Under the pieces are notes generated by a model. It was not told where the DNA came from. It worked only from the letters and a program-made list of their open reading frames with translations, and searched no databases. From Nitrosopumilus sp. (GTDB lineage Archaea; Thermoproteota; Nitrososphaeria; Nitrososphaerales; Nitrosopumilaceae): a stretch of DNA of 64,000 nt. The translations under genes were made by a program, and so were the position numbers. Where the stretch lies: contig OZ244651.1 of NCBI GenBank assembly GCA_965218695.1, forward strand, positions 416,001-480,000, written 5' to 3'. Numbering within the stretch: position 1 is the stretch's first letter; each line of letters starts with the position of its first letter. Of this stretch, positions 1 to 10,468 are shown piece after piece.

Positions 1-815
1 AATCCTGCCTCCTTGCGGGGCATGCACCCGTTCGCCTTTCCGGCAAAGTCGATGCGGACGGGAATCAGCGGCTCGATTCCCTGTTCGTCGCAGTACCTGC
101 GGATCTTCTTGGTGTCGTACGCGCCGTCGGCTGCCGTCTTGGTGCTTGCAGAAGTCTCTACGTTTGGGGATTTTTTTGCATTTGCAAGGGCCTGCCCCAC
201 CAGTTCCTCAAACTGCGGAGAGTCCCCGCACTTGTCGTCGGTTATGGCCACGGCGTAGATCTTTTTGGTTTTGGCATCCACCCCGACGTGCAGCTTTATG
301 AAGCCCCGCCTGGTCCCCCACTTTTTTGTCATCCAGTCGCCGCGGTTTGTGGGCTTGAGTCCAGTGGAGTCGAAGGCAAACAGCTTGATCTCTGCTCTGG
401 TGTTGCCGTCTGAGAACCACGCAGAAGCCGTGCCGCTGCCATCATCATTATCTGCAACAGTGCAGCCCAACCTGGTCATCCTCTTCTGGAACACCGAATA
501 CGTGGGCGCGTCTTCCCTGCCGACTATCGTCTCTGCCACGCCCTGGAGCTGCCTGTACCTTATGCCGGTGGCGTTTCTGAACAGGGATGCTGCTGCAAAG
601 CACGCGTTTGAAAATACGTACGGGCGGCCGACCTTCCCGCAGTTTAGCTTCTCGACTCCCTGAGTCAGGATCTCCGGGCTTATCTGGAGCGTCCACAGCT
701 GGCCGCGGTCTATGTACCTGCGGTCATCGTATTGGAACCGGCGTTTTCCGGATTTGAAAGATTTTTTAGCCTCATGCGTGCCCGTTTTGTCTGGAGAGGA
801 TGTGTTTTCAGTCAT
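1..815 (-). CDS. IS5-like DDE transposase, N-terminal part (runs off window)
   Basis: Same sequence as 13261..14075; ATG at 815. Confidence 0.9.
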   Translation of the reverse strand, partial: MTENTSSPDKTGTHEAKKSFKSGKRRFQYDDRRYIDRGQLWTLQISPEILTQGVEKLNCGKVGRPYVFSNACFAAASLFRNATGIRYRQLQGVAETIVGREDAPTYSVFQKRMTRLGCTVADNDDGSGTASAWFSDGNTRAEIKLFAFDSTGLKPTNRGDWMTKKWGTRRGFIKLHVGVDAKTKKIYAVAITDDKCGDSPQFEELVGQALANAKKSPNVETSASTKTAADGAYDTKKIRRYCDEQGIEPLIPVRIDFAGKANGCMPRKEAG

Positions 816-956
816 GGCTGTAACCTGACTGTCTGCACACCTCTCTGATCAATGCAGTTTTCTATTGAAAATGTTTGATATTATGTTCAAATTCAGCTGA
901 TCTGGCCTAATTCTGGACATGTTGGGCGTGGTTGGGAATAATTAGGAAACAAAGTT
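1..956 (-). mobile_element. IS5-like insertion sequence, copy 1 (truncated by window start)
   Basis: Near-identical (about 4 nt differences seen) to 13261..14216; ends in the terminal repeat TAATTAGGAAACAAAGTT at 956. Confidence 0.9.
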
Positions 957-1010
957 TCCCTGAAGATAAACTTTAATATTCTTAGAAATTTTTTGCAGAC
1001 CAGAGATCAG

Positions 1011-1661
1011 TTGCTTATAATTTTTGACGTTGAGGGTGTTTTGTACGACGAGGAGTATCTTCCCATCCTTGCCGAGAAGATGAACAAGGAGGATGAGATC
1101 TGGAAGATCACAAAGGAGGGAATCCAGGGAAAGATTAACTGGGAGGATGGCCTGCGGACGCGCGTTGCAGCACTGAGGGGGCTGGATGAGAAGATATGCC
1201 GGGAGGCGTCTGACTCGCTGCCAATAATGACAGGTGCCAAGAAGGCATGCCAGGTTCTCAAGGCTGCCGGGTGGAAGATCATGGCAATCTCGGGCGGCTT
1301 TACGATAATGATGGAGCGGCTTCAAAGGGAGCTGGGAATCGACTACATATTTTCAAACGAGCTCGTATTCAAGGACGGGAAGCTTGACGGCGTCCAAATC
1401 AGCGTAGACTCTGACAAGTCAAAATCTGCGCTAGTAAAGATAGCCGAATGGCAGGAGAAGAAAGAAGACATCGTGTGCGTGGTGGACGGCGCCAACGACG
1501 TAAAGCTCTTCGAGATCTGCGGCCTGGGCATCGCGTACAGAGCGCAGGACCTCGTCAAGGATCTGGCAACTTTCACGCTTGAGGAGAAAGACCTGTCCGG
1601 AATTCTGGGAATAATCAACCGGCACTACGGACTGAACCTGGGTTCCGGGACTGCCGCATAA
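1011..1661 (+). CDS. serB: Phosphoserine phosphatase (HAD superfamily)
   Basis: FDVEGVL motif I, ISGGF motif II, VDGAND motif IV; TTG start at 1011 chosen (ORF track starts at 993). Confidence 0.85.
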   Translation: MLIIFDVEGVLYDEEYLPILAEKMNKEDEIWKITKEGIQGKINWEDGLRTRVAALRGLDEKICREASDSLPIMTGAKKACQVLKAAGWKIMAISGGFTIMMERLQRELGIDYIFSNELVFKDGKLDGVQISVDSDKSKSALVKIAEWQEKKEDIVCVVDGANDVKLFEICGLGIAYRAQDLVKDLATFTLEEKDLSGILGIINRHYGLNLGSGTAA

Positions 1662-1690
1662 ACAATTTTTACCCGGCCACCTCAGATGGT

Positions 1691-2418
1691 ATGATGCAGG
1701 TAATTCCGGTTCATATTCCAAGGGAGATTGAACCGTCCGATGACCTGCCTGGAATAATATCTGAACATGCTGCCATGCGTGACGGGGATGTGATAGTCGT
1801 TGCACAGAAGATCGTCTCAAAGCAGGAGGGAAGAATGGTTCGCCTCTCGTCTGTAACCACGACGCTGCTCTCTGAGGGATAGCCTCCCAGTACCAAAAGG
1901 ATCCCCGCATAATAGAACTGATCCTCTCCGAGTCCAGGCGCATTGTACGGATGAGCGACGGCATCATAATAGTCCAGACAAACTCCGGATTTGTCTGCGC
2001 AAACGCAGGAATTGACCAGAGCAATGTAAAGTGCGGCTATGTGACGCTTCTTCCGGCCGACCCTGATGAATCTGCAAGAAGAATCCGCAGGGGCATAAAA
2101 GAGAGAACAGGCATGAATGTCGCAGTGATCATCTCCGATACGTTTGGACGTCCGCATCGAATGGGGCAGACCAACTGCGCCATCGGGATATCCGGGATGA
2201 ACCCCATCCTGGACTATGCAGGAACCCTGGACTCTTTTGGAAACGTCCTGCGCGTCACTGCCATTGCAGCGTCTGACGAGATCGCCTCCGCTGCAGAGCT
2301 GGTCATGGCAAAGGCCTCAGGATGCCCGGTTGCAGTCATTCGCGGGTACGGGTTTGAGACGGGGAGCCGTCCGGCCGGCGACCTGATACGACCCAAGGCA
2401 GACGACCTGTTTGGATGA
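1691..2418 (+). pseudogene. cofE: Coenzyme F420-0:L-glutamate ligase, split by a 1-nt deletion near 1880
   Basis: ORF 1691..1882 has DGDVIVVAQKIVSKQEG. ORF 1951..2418 has CANAGIDQSN, DTFGRP and DDLF. Adding one A in GGATAGCC joins them as SEGIASQYQKDPRIIELIL. Confidence 0.8.
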
Positions 2419-2566
2419 TGATTCCCCCTTGGGACAGCCTGCAATACACTGCATGCCGTGCAGGGATGATCCGTCTGACATGGAATCCCATGAACAAGCC
2501 GGCAGCATGAACAGGCAGCAGCTGGAGACTGCCTCTTTTCTTGCCGGCATCTGCGCCTCTTGGCGC

Positions 2567-3409
2567 CTATACCCGCGCCTTCTCCAGAAACTCGTACAGA
2601 TCCCTTGAGGGATCTGGAAACTGCGGATTCATGTCCCTTAGTGTGCTGGCCAAGATCTTCCCTACGGCCCAGTTGCGGTACCACTTGTTGTCTGACGGTA
2701 TCACGTACCACGGGGCCCACGGGGTACTGCACCTTTCCAGCACCTTCTCGTACGCCTCCATGTGCCTGTCCCAGTGCTTTCGCTCCTCAAAGTCTGCCTT
2801 GCTGAACTTCCAGTGCTTCAGGGGATTGTTGACCCTCTTGTCCAGCTTTCTCTTCTGCTCGTCCTTGCTTATGTGCAGGTAAAACTTGATGGTTCTGATC
2901 CCGTCGTCCCTGAGCATCTTCTCAAAGTTGTTGATGTGCTCGTACCTCTTTTTCCATCTGTCCTCGGGCAGGAGGCCGTGCACGCCGACTGCCAGGATGT
3001 CACCGTAGTGCGACCTGTTGAATATCGTGATCTCTCCATGCGCCGGCACCACCCTGTGAATGCGCCACAAAAAGTCGTGCCTTATCTCCACGGAGTTTGG
3101 GACACGGAACGGGACCACCCTGCACCCTTGGGGGTTGAACCCCTGCATGGCATCCCGTATGGTGCCGTCCTTGCCCCCTGCGTCCATTGCCTGTAAAACG
3201 ATCAGCAGCGCCTGCTTGTTCTCTGCAAAGAGTCGGGTCTGGAGGTCAAACAACTCCAGGCGTATGCCATCGAGTTGCTTTTTTGTCTGCTTCTTTGTCA
3301 GATCCCCGCCGTATCCTGCGTTTATCTTGCTCAGGTTAACCTTGGTGCCCGGCTCCACGCGAAAATCTGACTCGTTAAAGATCAACCTGATCTGCCTGTT
3401 GTGTGGCAT
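2567..3409 (-). CDS. ppk2: Polyphosphate kinase 2 family (polyphosphate:nucleotide phosphotransferase)
   Basis: QAMDAGGKDGTI Walker A, FNRSHY, HISKDEQ, APWYVIPSDNKWYRN motifs. Confidence 0.9.
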   Translation of the reverse strand: MPHNRQIRLIFNESDFRVEPGTKVNLSKINAGYGGDLTKKQTKKQLDGIRLELFDLQTRLFAENKQALLIVLQAMDAGGKDGTIRDAMQGFNPQGCRVVPFRVPNSVEIRHDFLWRIHRVVPAHGEITIFNRSHYGDILAVGVHGLLPEDRWKKRYEHINNFEKMLRDDGIRTIKFYLHISKDEQKRKLDKRVNNPLKHWKFSKADFEERKHWDRHMEAYEKVLERCSTPWAPWYVIPSDNKWYRNWAVGKILASTLRDMNPQFPDPSRDLYEFLEKARV

Positions 3410-3553
3410 ATGTTATAAGCATGTCTTCAGCAGTTCATACCCGCCGTTGCAACTGACAGGATACTGCAACCCATACGGGCGGAAAGTCAGCGGCAAGCAG
3501 CAACCCCCCCCCCCAATAAGATTATTATCTTATGCCGGGGGAATTTACTTGGA

Positions 3554-4468
3554 ATGCCTGTCCGCACCGAACTGCATTGTCACAACTCATACTCAAACTT
3601 TCACCTCGGTATCGATGATCCGCCGTATGACTGCGACATATCCGTAAGGGATCAGCTGGAACGCTCCTGCAGCCTGGGCCTTGATGCAATCTTTGTCACA
3701 AACCACAACACGCTTGACGGATACTCGCAGATCCTGGAGTACAGAAACGACCATGAAAAGTTCAAAGGCATCCGCGTCTTTCCGGCAGAAGAGGTTACGA
3801 CCGATTCCGGGGCACATGTCATTGCATACGGGATACGCGAGGCCATCCCTGCAGGACTCGGCATTGAGGAGATAATCGATCGTGTGCGGCAGCAGGGCGG
3901 AGTCTCGTCTGCGCCCCATCCGTTCAGCCTGCTCGATGCCCTGCGCGAGGATGCAGGAAGATGCGACATGGTTGAGGTCTTTAACAGCAACAACGTGGAC
4001 GTGATCTCAAATGCGCGTGCCACGCAGTTTGCACTGGACAGGGGCATGACACAGGTGGCCGGCAGCGACTCGCACATACTCTCGACTTTGGGGCGGTGCG
4101 TAAACGTCATAGATTCCGAGGACTCCCTTGATGACGTCCTGCACGCCATGCGGCACGGCAGGATAAGGATCGAGCAGACCGGATACGCCATGCAGAAGGA
4201 GGTCCTTGATCACCTCCGGTACAAGGTCAACAGCTCGCGCGAGTATATGACAAAGTACATCTCTGAGCACTACCCAAACTCAAAATGGCTGCTGAACCTG
4301 ATGCTGAGAATCTACGATGCTGATCCGGACAGCCACCTGTGGGGCATGTTCTACAGGATCGCACTTTACATCATGCGGAGGATATCAAAGAAGGTCAACT
4401 ACCAGGACATGGATCCGGGATTCATGAAGGAGAGAGACCTGGCCACCATGTTTCGGATGGCGCTTTAG
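3554..4468 (+). CDS. PHP-domain metallophosphoesterase
   Basis: ELHCH, TNHN, AEEVTT, APHPF, GSDSH motifs. Confidence 0.85.
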   Translation: MPVRTELHCHNSYSNFHLGIDDPPYDCDISVRDQLERSCSLGLDAIFVTNHNTLDGYSQILEYRNDHEKFKGIRVFPAEEVTTDSGAHVIAYGIREAIPAGLGIEEIIDRVRQQGGVSSAPHPFSLLDALREDAGRCDMVEVFNSNNVDVISNARATQFALDRGMTQVAGSDSHILSTLGRCVNVIDSEDSLDDVLHAMRHGRIRIEQTGYAMQKEVLDHLRYKVNSSREYMTKYISEHYPNSKWLLNLMLRIYDADPDSHLWGMFYRIALYIMRRISKKVNYQDMDPGFMKERDLATMFRMAL

Positions 4469-4525
4469 GACAGGCCCATCTTCCGTAGATTTTAATATGA
4501 CAAAACACCTTCGGTGGGTGATATC

Positions 4526-4759
4526 ATGTCTGAGACTACCAAAAAACTGGATGCGACAGGACTTTTCTGCCCGGAACCGGTCTTTAGAACCAAGATAGAG
4601 ATTGAACGGATGCAGGTGGGCCATACCCTTACCGTCTCTGCCGATGACCCCGCTGCAGAGGACGACATCAGCCGCTGGGTCACAAGAAACGGCCACGAGC
4701 TCCTTGACATGTCAAAGGACGGCGACGTCATAACGTTCCAGATTAAAAAGGTGAAATAG
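4526..4759 (+). CDS. tusA: TusA/SirA-family sulfur carrier
   Basis: LDATGLFCPEP and ADDPAA motifs. Confidence 0.9.
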   Translation: MSETTKKLDATGLFCPEPVFRTKIEIERMQVGHTLTVSADDPAAEDDISRWVTRNGHELLDMSKDGDVITFQIKKVK

Positions 4760-4766
4760 CCGCACC

Positions 4767-5756
4767 ATGACCCTCGTCGATACCTCTGTCCTGAACCGTG
4801 TGGGAAACACGCCGCTTGTTCCACTTGACTCCCTGTCTGAGGGCTCCACAACATACCATGCAAAGCTGGAGGGACACAACCCATTTGGCTCCGTAAAGGA
4901 CAGGGCCGCCCTCTGGATGATACGGGACGGCGAGGAGAGGGGGATCCTGACCCCCGGCAAGAGCGTCATAGTCGAGCCCACATCCGGCAACACGGGAATC
5001 GCGCTGACCGGAATAGCAAGCCTTCTGGGATACAGGACAGAAGTCGTGGTGCCGGAGAAGGTAAGCAACGAGACCAAGGAGATCATAAGGGCCCTTGGCG
5101 CCAAGGTCTTTGAGACAAGCGACGATCTGTGTCCCAAGGTCGGGCCGGGCACAGACCAGAGCATCGCCCTTGCCACGTCCATTGCATCCTCGAGGCCTGA
5201 CACGTACTACTCCCCCAACCAGTATGCAAACGAGGCCAACTTCAGAGGCCACTACATGGGAACGGGCCCCGAGATATGGAGGCAGACTGACGGCAGGGTA
5301 ACCCATTTCTTTACGGGCGTGGGGACCGGCGGCACGATCACCGGGATCGGCGCATTTCTCAAGGAACAGAACCCCGACGTAAAGATAATCGGCTGCCAGC
5401 CGCAAAAGGACCACCTGATTCAGGGATGGCGGAACTTTGAAGAGTCGGCAAAGCCTGATCTGTTCTTGAAGCGCGAGGGCGTAGTTGATGACTGGGTAAG
5501 CGTGGATAACGAGGAGGCCTTTTCGGTGGTGCGCGAAGTCTTTGAGAGGGACCGCCTCTTAATCAGCCCCTCGTCTGCAGCAGTATACGCATGCATGAAA
5601 AAGTATCCCGTGCAGGGCGATGCCTGCGTGGTCGGAATCTTTGCAGACGACGGAAGAAAGTTCAAAAGCGTCTATTCGTCCCTTGGCGTCATGACTCCTG
5701 ACGAGTTTGACGGTGCGCTAAAGGGCGCACGACACATGTCGGAACTGGCATACTAG
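4767..5756 (+). CDS. cysK: Cysteine synthase family PLP enzyme
   Basis: GNTPLV, NPFGSVKDR (PLP lysine), EPTSGNTG, GVGTGGT. Confidence 0.85.
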   Translation: MTLVDTSVLNRVGNTPLVPLDSLSEGSTTYHAKLEGHNPFGSVKDRAALWMIRDGEERGILTPGKSVIVEPTSGNTGIALTGIASLLGYRTEVVVPEKVSNETKEIIRALGAKVFETSDDLCPKVGPGTDQSIALATSIASSRPDTYYSPNQYANEANFRGHYMGTGPEIWRQTDGRVTHFFTGVGTGGTITGIGAFLKEQNPDVKIIGCQPQKDHLIQGWRNFEESAKPDLFLKREGVVDDWVSVDNEEAFSVVREVFERDRLLISPSSAAVYACMKKYPVQGDACVVGIFADDGRKFKSVYSSLGVMTPDEFDGALKGARHMSELAY

Positions 5757-6226
5757 CCTGCAGCCATCATCTTGCTCAGGTTCTTCTCGTAAAACTCCCT
5801 AAACATCCCGTTCATGTCCCTTTCATGGCGGAGGCATTCCTGGCTCTGCTGGAACAGCCTGTCCCTTACCTCCCTGCTCCACTTGCTCTGCTGCCTGTCC
5901 TTGGAATCCACCATGGACGGGTTTGCCATGACCTCCCCCATCGTCTTGGCAAGCGATGAGGCCAGCTGGCGCATCCGGCTCGTCCTCAGCAGAAACCTCT
6001 GCGACTGTTCCCTGTTTACAAGTCCCATGATACAGTATGCCTGGGAGTAGTACGCCATGCTGGCCTTGATGTATCCCTCAAAGCCTGCTATTCTCTTCTC
6101 CCAGTATCTTCTGGATGGCTTCTCCTCCACCTTGTAGCTGAACCCGATCTCCTGCAGTTCCCTTGAGAGTTCTGCAAGTATCTGGCTGTGCTTTGTGACG
6201 GCACTCCTTAGCTCCGAATCATCCAC
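5753..6226 (-). CDS. Hypothetical protein
   Basis: 157-aa helical-looking ORF converging on cysK; no motif recognised. Confidence 0.65.
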   Translation of the reverse strand: MDDSELRSAVTKHSQILAELSRELQEIGFSYKVEEKPSRRYWEKRIAGFEGYIKASMAYYSQAYCIMGLVNREQSQRFLLRTSRMRQLASSLAKTMGEVMANPSMVDSKDRQQSKWSREVRDRLFQQSQECLRHERDMNGMFREFYEKNLSKMMAAG

Positions 6227-6342
6227 GGGTCTAATACGGATTTTTCCTAATAAAGCGTTTAGCGCATTTTGAATCGTTATCTTGGCACGCAGAACCGGAC
6301 TGATCTGGTGCAGGATATCATGGTTATATTAGACATCGCAAC

Positions 6343-7762
6343 ATGTACCGCGGATTGAATTATTTGGCTGTGTTTTTGATTATAGTAGCAGCATCACTTG
6401 CAGCGTCGCAGTCATACGCTGCATTTGATTCCCCCCTAAAACAGATGCAGGCAGGCGGTACCATCAGATGAGATACGGTGCAACGACGTCCGGGTTCTGG
6501 TAATACTCCAAAGCGGCAATCCCGCATGCATATTCGAGTCGACTGCACAGAGACTGGGATTGGATCCAATAGAACCCAACACCGATAACTTCCTTGCCAA
6601 TGTCACTGTCATACATGCAACTGATGCAGACCCGATAATCCCGCCTGGGATTGCAACTGCGAACAACAATTTTGCAGTGGATTTTTACAATCAACTCTCG
6701 GATGGTGACGGGAACATATTCTTCTCACCTGTCAGCATGTATGTGGCATTTTCAATGCTGTACGAGGGTGCCCAAGATAACACCGCAGAGGAGATGCAGC
6801 AGACCTTTGGCTTTGAGCCTGACCATACCCCACGTCACAACTCCACTGCCCAACTCATCTCCTCAATAAACCGCGACGACCCCGATGCCGCACTCGAGAT
6901 GGCAAACTCGTTGTGGCTTGCCGACTGGTTTGTTCCCTACTGGGTATACACTGATGTTATACGCAACACGTATCTTGCAGAAATGGAGACTGTTGACTTT
7001 TTAGATGCTAGTGATGCAGGCGGGGTGCCGCGAATAAACGCATGGGCCAATGAAAAGACACACGGCAAGATATCCAAGGTTCTGGATTTTAAGGATGTAA
7101 ACGAGCTCACCTCGACTGCACTTCTAAACACCATATACTTCAAGGGTACCTGGAGGACCCAGTTCTTTGAAGGAAGCACACATGAATCGGACTTTTGGAC
7201 GACTCCCACACAGAGCGTCAAGGCGGATTTCATGCACATACAAGAAAACTTTGAGACAACACAATTAGACGATCTCCAAATCCTGAAACTTCCATATCTG
7301 GGCGACAGGCTGTCTATGTTGATAATGCTGCCATCTGACAGGGATGGCATACAAAAGATGGAAGAGGCACTCTCATATGAACAGGTAGGGCAATGGAAAC
7401 AGAATCTGAGGTTTGAGAAGGGCGAAATATTAATACCAAAATTTGAAATTGGCACACACTATGACCTCATACCGCATCTGAGGAACCTCGGTATGGTGGA
7501 CGCCTTTGATGTGGATGATGCGGATTTCTCAGGAATACAGAACTCATCTTCTTGGAACCTGTTTGTGGCAATAGCACTTCAGGATGCATATGTGAATGTA
7601 AATGAGAGCGGGACAGAGGCAGCTGCTGTAACTACCTTGTCTACTGTTGAGACGAGTGGGCCGACATTTGACTTTGTTGCAGATCACCCATTCCTGTTTG
7701 TAATACAGGATGACAAGAGCGGGATGATTCTATTCATTGGAAGGGTCTCTGATCCATCATAA
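6343..7762 (+). pseudogene. Serpin with signal peptide and SPLKQ-type N-terminal module; +1 frameshift near 6457 (serpin domain itself open, 6560..7762)
   Basis: Serpin motifs NIFFSPVS, NTIYFKGTW, IPKF, hinge ESGTEAAAVT, ADHPFLF. Frame 1 from ATG 6343 reads MYRGLNYLAVFLIIVAASLAASQSYAAFDSPLKQMQAG and continues in frame 2 as VPSDEIRCNDVRVLVILQSGNPAC. Confidence 0.8.
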
Positions 7763-7913
7763 GGCCACGTAGAAGCCATGCACGGTTCAAGCCGATTCTG
7801 GCATGTCGCGTGTGTTTGTCATTAAGATGCATAGTACGCCAGAGGTGACTGCCATACGGGAGATGCCATTCCGCCAGAATCTTTCTGGTACCTGGTACCA
7901 ATGATCTTTAATC

Positions 7914-9554
7914 GTATCTGTGTAGTTTTTTGATCAAATGTTGAACTCCATATCTACAATCAGAAAATCCGCGTCTGTCTAATTTTTTAAAACTATTTTT
8001 GATCACTTGATCGAGTTTTTCTCTCCGTCCTAATTTTTAGATCATTGTTGCCCACGGTTTGCATATGTCTGATGATAATTCCGAGTCAAAGATTGCAGAA
8101 CTGGAGGAAAAAGTGGGTGTGATGGCAGAGCAGATGGCCGAAAAAGACCGGCAGATGGCCGAAAAAGACCGGCAGATGGCCAAACTCGCTGATCTTTACG
8201 CTGCCGCCCTCAAACAGATCCAGGATCTCACGGCAGAGTTGCAGGAGGCAAAGGGCATCATATCGGCTGCCGTTGCAAGGAGCATCGGCGCAAAACCGGA
8301 CAAAAAGACCGGCAGTACCCGGCGCCGCGCAAAGGGCAAGGGCAAGGCCAAGGGCAAGCCAAGTGACCACAAACGCACGGGCCTTGCGCGTCCTGAAAGA
8401 ATAGACGCAGAGGAGACGGCAGATCCCCACACGTGCGACAACTGCGGCAGCTCCGACCTCTCCGAGTGCGTATCCACGTACACAAAGGTGGTAAGGGAGG
8501 CTGCCAAGACGGAACTAAAGCACATCAAGGTGACAGTAAAGAGAAGGCGTTGCAGGAACTGCAAGAGGACCGTGTCCGGCAGGACCCCGCTGGCACTGCC
8601 AAACTCCAGGTACGGGATCAACTTTATGATAATGATGGTCATCCTCAGGCTGCACGGCATGTCAGACCTCAGAATATGCAATATTGTCATGATGATGTAC
8701 TCGGCAAGAATCACGGAATCTGCGATAAACCGCATGGTGTGCAGGATGGCCCGGGAGCTCGGGCCGCTGTACGAGAAGATCAAGGAGGAGGTAAGAAACT
8801 CGCCTGCGATAAACGGGGACGAGACAATCTGGCGCGTCGACGGCACGAACTACTGGCTGTGGGTGGCTGTAGCCAGGTACGCCGTAATCTACGAGGTGCA
8901 CCGCCACAGGAACTCGAAGGTTCCAAAAAAGATGCTCGGCAAGGACTACCCGGGATGCGTCACGTCTGACTCGTGGGCCGCGTGGAACGTCATCGGATCC
9001 GAACACCAAAAGTGCCACCTTCATTACGCCCGGGACATCAAGGACACCCTGAAATACAAGAATCCCGGCTACGACTACAAGCGTCACGCAAGGACGCTGC
9101 GCGCGATACTGTGGGACTCGCACATCGACGGCGCCGTTCCGGGAGGGGCAGACGCGCTTGCCGCAAAGAAGAGGCTGGATCGTCGTATTGCGTCACTTAT
9201 CGGCAGGCTCGAAAAGGACCGCGACTGCAAGCACTGCAACAGGATGCGCAAGAGGCTGGTGCGGGAAAAAGGCCACCTGTTTGCGTTTCTGGAGACAGAC
9301 GGCGTCGAATACCACAACAACCGGGCAGAGCGGGCCATCAGGCCGTGCGTCATCCTGCGCAAGAACAGCAACGGGAGCAGGTCAAAGAAGGGTGCAGATG
9401 CCATTGCCACGCTGATGAGCATCAAGCAGACATGCAAGGCAAGGGGAGATGATCTTGGCACGATCCTGCGCGAGGGCCTGGCTCCACGTCAAAAAACTGC
9501 ATAGACGCGCGTAGGCATGGAGTTCAACATTTGATCAAAAAACTATGCAGTTAC
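7914..9554 (+). mobile_element. IS66-family element (single-ORF type), copy 1
   Basis: 37-bp imperfect TIRs GTA(T/A)CTG..TAGTTTTTTGATCAAATGTTGAACTCCA; 8-bp TSD CTTTAATC at 7906..7913 and 9555..9562. Confidence 0.92.
8065..9504 (+). CDS. IS66-family transposase
   Basis: Coiled coil, CxxC...CxxC finger, GDET, SD, QKCHLH, NNRAERAIR. Confidence 0.92.
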   Translation: MSDDNSESKIAELEEKVGVMAEQMAEKDRQMAEKDRQMAKLADLYAAALKQIQDLTAELQEAKGIISAAVARSIGAKPDKKTGSTRRRAKGKGKAKGKPSDHKRTGLARPERIDAEETADPHTCDNCGSSDLSECVSTYTKVVREAAKTELKHIKVTVKRRRCRNCKRTVSGRTPLALPNSRYGINFMIMMVILRLHGMSDLRICNIVMMMYSARITESAINRMVCRMARELGPLYEKIKEEVRNSPAINGDETIWRVDGTNYWLWVAVARYAVIYEVHRHRNSKVPKKMLGKDYPGCVTSDSWAAWNVIGSEHQKCHLHYARDIKDTLKYKNPGYDYKRHARTLRAILWDSHIDGAVPGGADALAAKKRLDRRIASLIGRLEKDRDCKHCNRMRKRLVREKGHLFAFLETDGVEYHNNRAERAIRPCVILRKNSNGSRSKKGADAIATLMSIKQTCKARGDDLGTILREGLAPRQKTA

Positions 9555-9643
9555 CTTTAATCTTATTGACACTTTTGTGCCGAAGGTGCGGACAACACCT
9601 GTGTTTTGGGAAACTATTAATTAATCGCAGCCAAATGCTTTTC

Positions 9644-10462
9644 ATGCAAAAGGCCACCATAGCCGAACAATCAACCAAAATATTTGCCGACGTCCGCGAA
9701 GTCGAGATTACCCGCGCGATTGCAAACGAGTTTCACAGCGTTCTTGTCGACAGGGCCGATTCTGACGTAATCATTATTGGTGCGGGGCCGGCAGGCCTGA
9801 CTGCAAGCAGGGATCTCTCAAACATCGGATTCAAGGTGCTGGTAATCGAGCAGAACAACTATCTCGGGGGCGGCTACTGGCTTGGGGGCTACATGATGAA
9901 CCCTGTGACCGTCAGGGAACCCGCACAGAAGATCTGGGACGAGCTGGGGGTGCCATACAAGAAGGTCTCAGAGGGACTCTACATAACCCCCGGACCGCAC
10001 GCAGTCTCAAAACTGATAGCAGGAGCCTGTGATGCAGGCGTCAAGTTTCTCAATCTTACAAAGTTTGACGACCTCGTAATGAAGAACAGCCGCGTTGCCG
10101 GAGTCGTCGTAAACTGGATGCCCGTCTCCGCGCTGCCGCGAAACATCACCTGCGTTGATCCGATAGCCCTTGAGGCAAAGATGGTCATCGACGCCTCCGG
10201 ACACGACTCCGTGGCCGTAAAGAGGCTCGTAGACAGGGGGCTGGCAAACTGGAAGGGGATGAATCCAATGTACGTCAACGAGGGCGAAGAGCACGTAGTC
10301 CACAAGACCGGCGAGGTATACCCCGGACTGGTGGCAGCCGGCATGTCAGTTACAGAGACCCACGGACTCTCAAGGATGGGCCCGACGTTCGGTTCCATGC
10401 TGTTCTCGGGAAAGCGGGCAGCCGAGATTACGGCAGAAAAGATCCGGGAACTGGAAAGATAG
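9644..10462 (+). CDS. thi4: Thiazole biosynthesis enzyme Thi4
   Basis: IIGAGPAG, GGGYWLGG, CVDP, DASGHD, RMGPTFGSM. Confidence 0.92.
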   Translation: MQKATIAEQSTKIFADVREVEITRAIANEFHSVLVDRADSDVIIIGAGPAGLTASRDLSNIGFKVLVIEQNNYLGGGYWLGGYMMNPVTVREPAQKIWDELGVPYKKVSEGLYITPGPHAVSKLIAGACDAGVKFLNLTKFDDLVMKNSRVAGVVVNWMPVSALPRNITCVDPIALEAKMVIDASGHDSVAVKRLVDRGLANWKGMNPMYVNEGEEHVVHKTGEVYPGLVAAGMSVTETHGLSRMGPTFGSMLFSGKRAAEITAEKIRELER

Positions 10463-10468
10463 CACCCG

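Noticed and set aside
10141-10165. Cys at the Thi4 active-site position (NITCVDP)
   Set aside because: Fits the known Cys-type (suicide) Thi4 class; not novel.
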